From Oikopleura dioica (Eukaryota; Animalia; Chordata): DNA of 64,000 nucleotides. Numbering within the stretch: the first letter of the stretch is position 1; every line of letters begins with the position of its first letter. Location of the stretch: NCBI GenBank assembly GCA_907165135.1, contig OU015568.1:9114001-9178000 (forward strand), in the 5' to 3' direction. A model generated the notes under the pieces. That model was not told the DNA's origin and searched no databases. It saw nothing but the letters and a program-made list of their open reading frames with translations. A program made the translations under genes and the position numbers. Shown here one piece after another: positions 58,252 through 64,000 of this stretch.

Positions 58252-60101
58252 AAATTTCTCGGTTTAGTACCCATGTTTTGTCCGTGTTGCGTCTTGAGAG
58301 AGTAACAACGTAGCAAAGAATACGAACGTCAACGCCTCTATAAAAATGGACGCCCACGGGGTAGGGGACAGTGCAGTTGGCAGCGCGACGAACTCAGAGA
58401 TGGTTGATCTCGAAGATCAGCGAAAGCTGAGCGTTTTCGGAAGAGAGAAAAATGTGCAGGTCGATTGGAATGATTTGACAGGTTTGCGAGGCTATTTTTA
58501 TTAGAAATTCTAGTCAAGGATAGTGTAAAATTCATTTTTTCTGAAGTACATTTTGTAAACTGCTGACTATAAATGCAAACAAAGCAATTTATTTTGGAAC
58601 CTTTAGGCGATGTTAAAATTAAGATCTCTCTGTTTTCTCAGAAGATCAGAAATTAACAGATACCAATATAGATAAAAAGCGTAGACAATCGGTCTAAGAC
58701 GACCTCTTTGCCCCCGTCGTGAACGGGTCATAAATTTAGTAAATTACGACTTTTTTTGATTGAGCTCTTCTAGAACATTTCTTTCATAGTCACGGCAGAA
58801 GTAAAGAAGCCAAATGCGGGTTGTTGCAGTAAGCAAACAGTAACCAAGACGATTTTGACTGGATGTACCGGTTCCGCCAAGTCCGGCGAGATCATGGCGA
58901 TCATGGGCAGCTCCGGAGCTGGAAAATCGACGTTTATGAATGCCTTAACGCATCGAAATGTGGAGACATTGAGTATCAAAGGAAGCATCAACATTGCCGG
59001 AGCGCCGATAAAAGACCAGATTTCCAAAATCAGCGCATATATCCAACAAGACGATCATTTTGTCGGAGCATTGACTGTTCGCGAGCATTTGAACTTTCAC
59101 GCCGATTTGCGACTCTCGAAGGAATCTGCGGAAATGAGAAAGGAAACAGTCGATAGAATCTTGCGGATCATTAGGTTCCGACATGGGTCTTCATCCCTCT
59201 TTTGAATCGTCGAGTTCGACACCTCTACTTGTTCCTTGGATCCCAGGGATTCCAAATCTGGAAAAAAAGTAGGGGTTGGTCACGTGTTTTGGCTCGAAAT
59301 CGGCGATTTTTCATTTTGGGCCGGAGGATTTTCACAAGTTTGTTAAACAATCCTCCGCCTCAGGCAAAACGGAGGTAACCAATGAAAAGAGCGCCCTTTT
59401 TTACCCTAGAATCCACCTTCAAACCTTCCGGCCTCGCTCTCATTTCCCTAGAATGAACAAAAGTTTGGAACTTTCTTGTTTGTCGGAAAACACTGAGCGG
59501 AGGACTTTCGCTGGTGGAAGACCTCCTGGAAGACCAATATTAAAATAAATGAATAAATGACCTTCCTCGGTCAGTAAATGGCCACTTGAGGTCAACTTCG
59601 GTCACTTTGTGCCGGAGGACCTTCCGGAGGACCCCTCTGGTGGAAGACAAGCTCGTGGAAGACCAAGATTTAAAAACAAAAAAGAAATAAAATAAAGAGC
59701 TATGATTGGCTTGTTATTGCCGCTTATGGCCAATTTCGGCCGTTTTCTGCCGGAGGACCTCCCGGAGGACCTCCTTACTGGAAGACCAACTGCTGGAAGA
59801 CCAATATAAAAAAAAATAAATAAATAGCCTTGCTTGGTCACATATTGCCACATTTGGCCAACTTCGGCCGCTTTCTGCCGGAGAACCTCCCGGAGGACTC
59901 ACTTACTGGAAGACAAACTGCTGGAAGACCAATATAAAAAAAAAAAATAAATAGCCTTGCTTGGTCACATATTGCCACATTTGGCCAACTTCCGCCGCTT
60001 TCCGCCGGAGGACCTCCCGGAGGACTCACTAACTGGAAGACCAACTGCTTGAAAACTTGTTGGGAATGAATCTGTCTGGGATAAAGACACGCAAGCACAT
60101 A

Positions 60102-60878
60102 CAATTCAGTCAGGCAGGGGGCCAAGCCGACCCGTAGGGGAGGCCACGCCTGTTTATTGAATTCAGTCAGGGACAGGGCGAAGCCGACCCGAAGGGGAGG
60201 CCACGCCTGTTTATTCAATTCAGTCAGGGACAGGGCGAAGCCGACCCGAAGGGGAGGCCACGCTCGTTGATTCAATTCAGTCAGGGACAGGGCGAAGCCG
60301 ACCCGAAGGGGAGGCCACGCCTGTTTATTCAATCCAGTCAGGGACAGGGCGAAGCCGACCCGAAGGGGAGGCCATGCCTGTTTATTCAATTCAGTCAGGG
60401 ACAGGGCGAAGCCGACCCGAAGGGGAGGCCACGCCTGTTTATTCAATTCAGTCAGGGACAGGGCGAAGCCGACCCGAAGGGAAGGCCACGCCTGTTTATT
60501 CAATTCAGTAAGGGACAGGGCGAAGCCGACCCGAAGGGGAGGCCACGCCTGTTTATTCAATCCAGTCAGGGACAGGGCGAAGCCGACCCGAAGGGGAGGC
60601 CATGCCTGTTTATTCAATCCAGTCAGGGACAGGGCGAAGCCGACCCGAAGGGGAGGCAACGCCTGTTTATTCAATTCAGTCAGGGACAGGGCGAAGCCGA
60701 CCCGAAGGGGAGGCCACGCCTGTTTATTCAATCCAGTCAGGGACAGGGCGAAGCCGACCCGAAGGGGAGGCCATGCCTGTTTATTCAATTCAGTAAGGGA
60801 CAGGGCGAAGCCGACCCGAAGGGGAGGCCACGCCTGTTTATTCAATCCAGTCAGGGACAGGGCGAAGCCGACCCGAAG
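60102..60878 (+). repeat. 57-bp tandem array, about 13.6 copies
   Basis: Unit CAATTCAGTCAGGGACAGGGCGAAGCCGACCCGAAGGGGAGGCCACGCCTGTTTATT; 19-aa periodicity in the ORF track. Confidence 0.95.
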
Positions 60879-61480
60879 ATCCAGGCGGATTTTGCTATAT
60901 TCGCTCTCCCCGGACACATTTAAAATAATTTAATTCATATGCGTCTAAGGTCCCTAGTTAATTTATAGAAATTCCAACCTTGCTCTCACAATATGCGATT
61001 AAGTATAAATGAACACGATTTCTTGGACGAAGATAGCTTTACCATAGTGTCTAGATAAATTTATTCTTTCTATTACTTTTTTCTCGATGATAGTGTTAGT
61101 AACTCGCAAATGCGCCGTGATTCGTCGACAATCGGAAATAGGCCCCAGGCCCGAGATTCGCTCGACTCGCGAGAGCGCCCGCCCGGTCTGCGCTTAACTC
61201 TTCGAAGCAAGAAACTCGGGCTTAAATCAATTTTAATATTCTCAGATTTTAAATACTGCCCTGTACGTCCAGATTCTACAATCCTGCAATAAAATCGACA
61301 TAAAGAATAATTTCTCAGCCTCGTCAATGATTTTAAACCGCGGTGCAATGTAGTTGAGTTTAATCTAAGATTAAGTTGAGGGTTATAAGCTTAGCATTTA
61401 TTGTAGTCAGAAAAAGGAGAGAGTTAGCGAAGCTAATAACACTAGCATCGAGCACGAGAGAGAATAACTGACTTAATTTT

Positions 61481-61833
61481 ACAAACGGGCGTGGCCTCTC
61501 TTTTGGGTCAGCTACATTCTCTCTCTGATTGAATCGATTAACTCGGCGTGGCCTCCCCTTCGGGTCGGCTTCGCCCTGTCCCTGACTGAATTGAATGAAA
61601 AGCATGGCCTCCCCTTCGGGTCGGCTTCGCCCTGTCCCTGACTGAATTGAATTAACAGGCATGGCCTCCCCTTCGGGTCGGCTTTGCCCTGTCCCTGAGT
61701 GAATTGAATAAACAGGCGTTGCCTCCCCTTCGGGTCGGCTTCGCCCTGTCCCTGACTGGATTGAATAAACAGGCATGGCCTCCTCTTCGGGTCGGCTTCG
61801 CCCTGTCCCTGACTGGATTGAATAAACAGGCGT
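61481..61833 (-). repeat. Same 57-bp array in inverted orientation, 5 copies plus one degenerate copy
   Basis: Reverse complement of the 60102-60878 unit. Confidence 0.93.
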
Positions 61834-63528
61834 ATTCCAGCCGATCATTTTATCCGCGAGATCTCGAAATTCAAGGACTTGGAAACAGGAACCAGCGACA
61901 AGGATGCAAATGAAGTCCGAATCGGCCAGATCTGCGACAAATACAAAGAATCAAAATACGCAATGGCCATGGAGAATCAACTAATAACAGACGGATCGGA
62001 TAATTATGTGAAACAAATGATCAAGGCGTCGAAAGAATTCAGGCCAAATCCATTTTATGCGTTTTGGAAAGTTTTGATTCGCGGGATGATCGCTCAGGTA
62101 TGCTTTGATAATCCTCTTTGCCTGGGTTAATACAGTTTTCTTTCAGTATCGGGACAAAACATTGGTTGTGATCAAAATCATGCAGAATCTTGTTGTTGCA
62201 TTAGTCATTGGGCTCATTTATTTGCGCCCTGCTCGGCCGGGTAAGCTTTTATGCGGGAAGTACTGATCTATAATAAAATTTAGGTGTGAGCACGTCTAAT
62301 CCAACCATACAACCATACGATTCCAAGGATGTTTTCAACTCTAACGGCGCACTCTTTGCATATGTCTGCTCTTTTTCTGTAAGTTTAGGAATAAGTTCAA
62401 TTTTTAAATTGATTTTCAAGTTCAACTACATGTTCCTCGTTGTCTTCACCTTCCCACGAATGGCGATCATTTTGCGACGCGAGTACTATTCTGGTCTCTA
62501 CCAGCTTTGGACGGCTATCATGGCGGATATGTTAGCCTTGGTTCCTTTCACGATTTTAATGCCCCTTGCTTATACCGCGATCACGTATTATATGGTCGGC
62601 TTGAACCCTGCTGCCGGGTCATTTTTCTTACAATGGCTGACTTTATTCCAAATCGGTACGAGTCTCAAAGACGCTTTGTCTTCAAAAGCTCTTTTTTAGC
62701 TTTCTGCGCGACTGGCTATGGCTACTTGATTTCAGCTTTGAGTCCGTCAGTCGAAGCAGCAAACGCTATCGCCTCACCGATGATGCTGCCGATGCTGATT
62801 TTTGGCGGATTCTTTTTACAATCGGACACGGTTCCGAAATACTTCATCTGGATTAAGTACCTGTCATGGTTTTACTACGGGTCGGAAAATCTCTACAGCG
62901 GACAGTGGGAGAACCTTGGTTACTGTAACACTGAGTTTGTTAATACAAACGATGCTAACAATGTGGTAAGATATCGATTCTTTCGACACTCTTATGACTT
63001 TTTGAAGGTTCGAAGCTCGAATGAAAAATGCGAAGAGTTCTACCCTCCAGGAACAAAATACTTAAGTGGCGAGACAATATTGAACAGGTTCGGGTACAAC
63101 CCGGACAATATCGAAAGAAATATTGGAATTATGTTTGCTCTTGCCATTGGCTTCCGATTGATTGGGTACCTCATCCTTTCACTAAAATACCGCTCAAAGG
63201 CGTGATATTCTCTGCTTTACATACAAATAAAGTCATCATTAGCAGTCATATCTTCGAGGGGTTATTTTTCGAGTCTTTGACAATGATAAGACTCTAATGA
63301 TAAGAGCTTATTTATCTTGGTAATTGGTGAGCATAACTAATATTTACACATAAGAATCATATTATTACTCTTCCTTTCTTGCTCAATCGAGCTGAAAGCA
63401 AATATAAGAAGAATGCAGCATTCCGAATGCTAGATTAATGAGTAATTCTGATTTATGACACGCATGCAACGTGTGTAAATATAAAACGCTTGTGCGGCAA
63501 AAAGCAGCATTATATTTGTGTCCTAAAG

Positions 63529-64000
63529 ATGGAGAATACGAAGGCACTCTTAGAGACTAAAGATGTCGAAGAGCAGACGCAAAAGGTCAAGGCAGATCTT
63601 CAAACCCACATTTCTCTTCTTGAGAAAATGGAGAATTCGGGAGAAAGCGCAATTGATAAACCCGCAGAGTTTCAGATTGCCTTGAATGTGGTCGATTCAC
63701 TCGAAGAAAAATACAAAGATCTTCCAGAGTTCACTTCACTCAAAGAAAAGATCGAAGTTCTTCGTTTTCCAGAAGGCACGAAAGACCTAACCTCATCAGT
63801 CGAAGCTAAACTTTCCGATTCCGAAGCGCAACTAGCCACCACAGAAGTGAAAGCAGTCTCTCTCAGTGGTACGACAATTGAAGAAGCAAAAGCTGCGGTT
63901 ACTCAGGTCTACACTGATCTTGTGATGGTCAAAAACGATCTCGAGCAGTTGATGTCAACCAAACGAAAGCTTAATGAGCATGGGTTTATCGATAAAGACA
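63529..64000 (+). CDS. Helical/coiled-coil protein exon (possibly spectrin-repeat-like), running off the window
   Basis: Open frame MENTKALLETKDVEEQTQKVKADLQTHISLLEK... continues to the window end and is preceded by an AG acceptor. Confidence 0.55.
   Translation, partial: MENTKALLETKDVEEQTQKVKADLQTHISLLEKMENSGESAIDKPAEFQIALNVVDSLEEKYKDLPEFTSLKEKIEVLRFPEGTKDLTSSVEAKLSDSEAQLATTEVKAVSLSGTTIEEAKAAVTQVYTDLVMVKNDLEQLMSTKRKLNEHGFIDKD

Larger units (their letters stand above)
59172..61833. mobile_element. Rearranged non-autonomous element (TAGG left end, possibly hAT-like) with ~120-bp and 57-bp tandem arrays
   Basis: Abrupt junctions with ABCG coding sequence. About 120-bp GGAAGACC/CCGGAGGACC units at 59490-60050. 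57-bp arrays at 60102-60878 (+) and 61481-61833 (-). No matching right TIR seen. Confidence 0.7.
58346..63205 (+). pseudogene. white/ABCG half-transporter interrupted by a repeat element, with the central ATPase region missing
   Basis: The 5' part has Walker A GSSGAGKST and AYIQQDD..LTVREHL and stops at ETVDRILRI (59171). It resumes at PADHFI (about 61835) with an intact ABC2 membrane domain (REYYSGLY, FGGFF, IKYLSWFYYG). No signature, Walker B or H-loop was found between the two parts. Confidence 0.8.

Noticed and set aside
59838-60923. 359-aa and 218-aa repeat ORFs; possible CRISPR-like array
   Set aside because: The open frames arise from a stop-poor 57-bp (multiple of 3) tandem unit. The units are contiguous with no unique spacers, and there are no cas genes.

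Overview
This is eukaryotic DNA from a very compact genome. Gene spacing is dense, most introns are about 30-60 nt and several splice donors are non-canonical, which best fits the appendicularian tunicate Oikopleura (inferred, not proven). Host genes include a DIP2 homologue, a PP2C phosphatase, an SLC38-type transporter, a divergent adenosine kinase with an acidic N-terminus and a divergent C1-C1-C2 PKC. Others are a TY/WxxW/TSP1/EGF/sushi extracellular protein, an intronless Pim-like kinase, a GH79 heparanase-like gene, an EGF-Ca secreted protein, an SLC25 carrier and a broken white/ABCG transporter. The most striking structure is a ~13.6-kb DNA transposon (6147-19763) bounded by ~480-bp inverted repeats. 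It carries a spliced Sola2-type DDD transposase gene with zinc-finger-like motifs and a C-terminal Ulp1/C48 protease domain. It also carries a separate SGNH-hydrolase-like cargo gene, an intronic tRNA-like sequence and several nested MITEs, one of which could splice out in frame. Elsewhere there are a 644-bp palindromic element with a 4-bp TSD, a piggyBac-type MITE, a 16-bp inverted micro-duplication that frameshifts a gene, and a 57-bp-array element whose rearrangement removed the core of the ABCG ATPase domain. I found no CRISPR array or rRNA. Exon boundaries and alignments were read by eye and are approximate.
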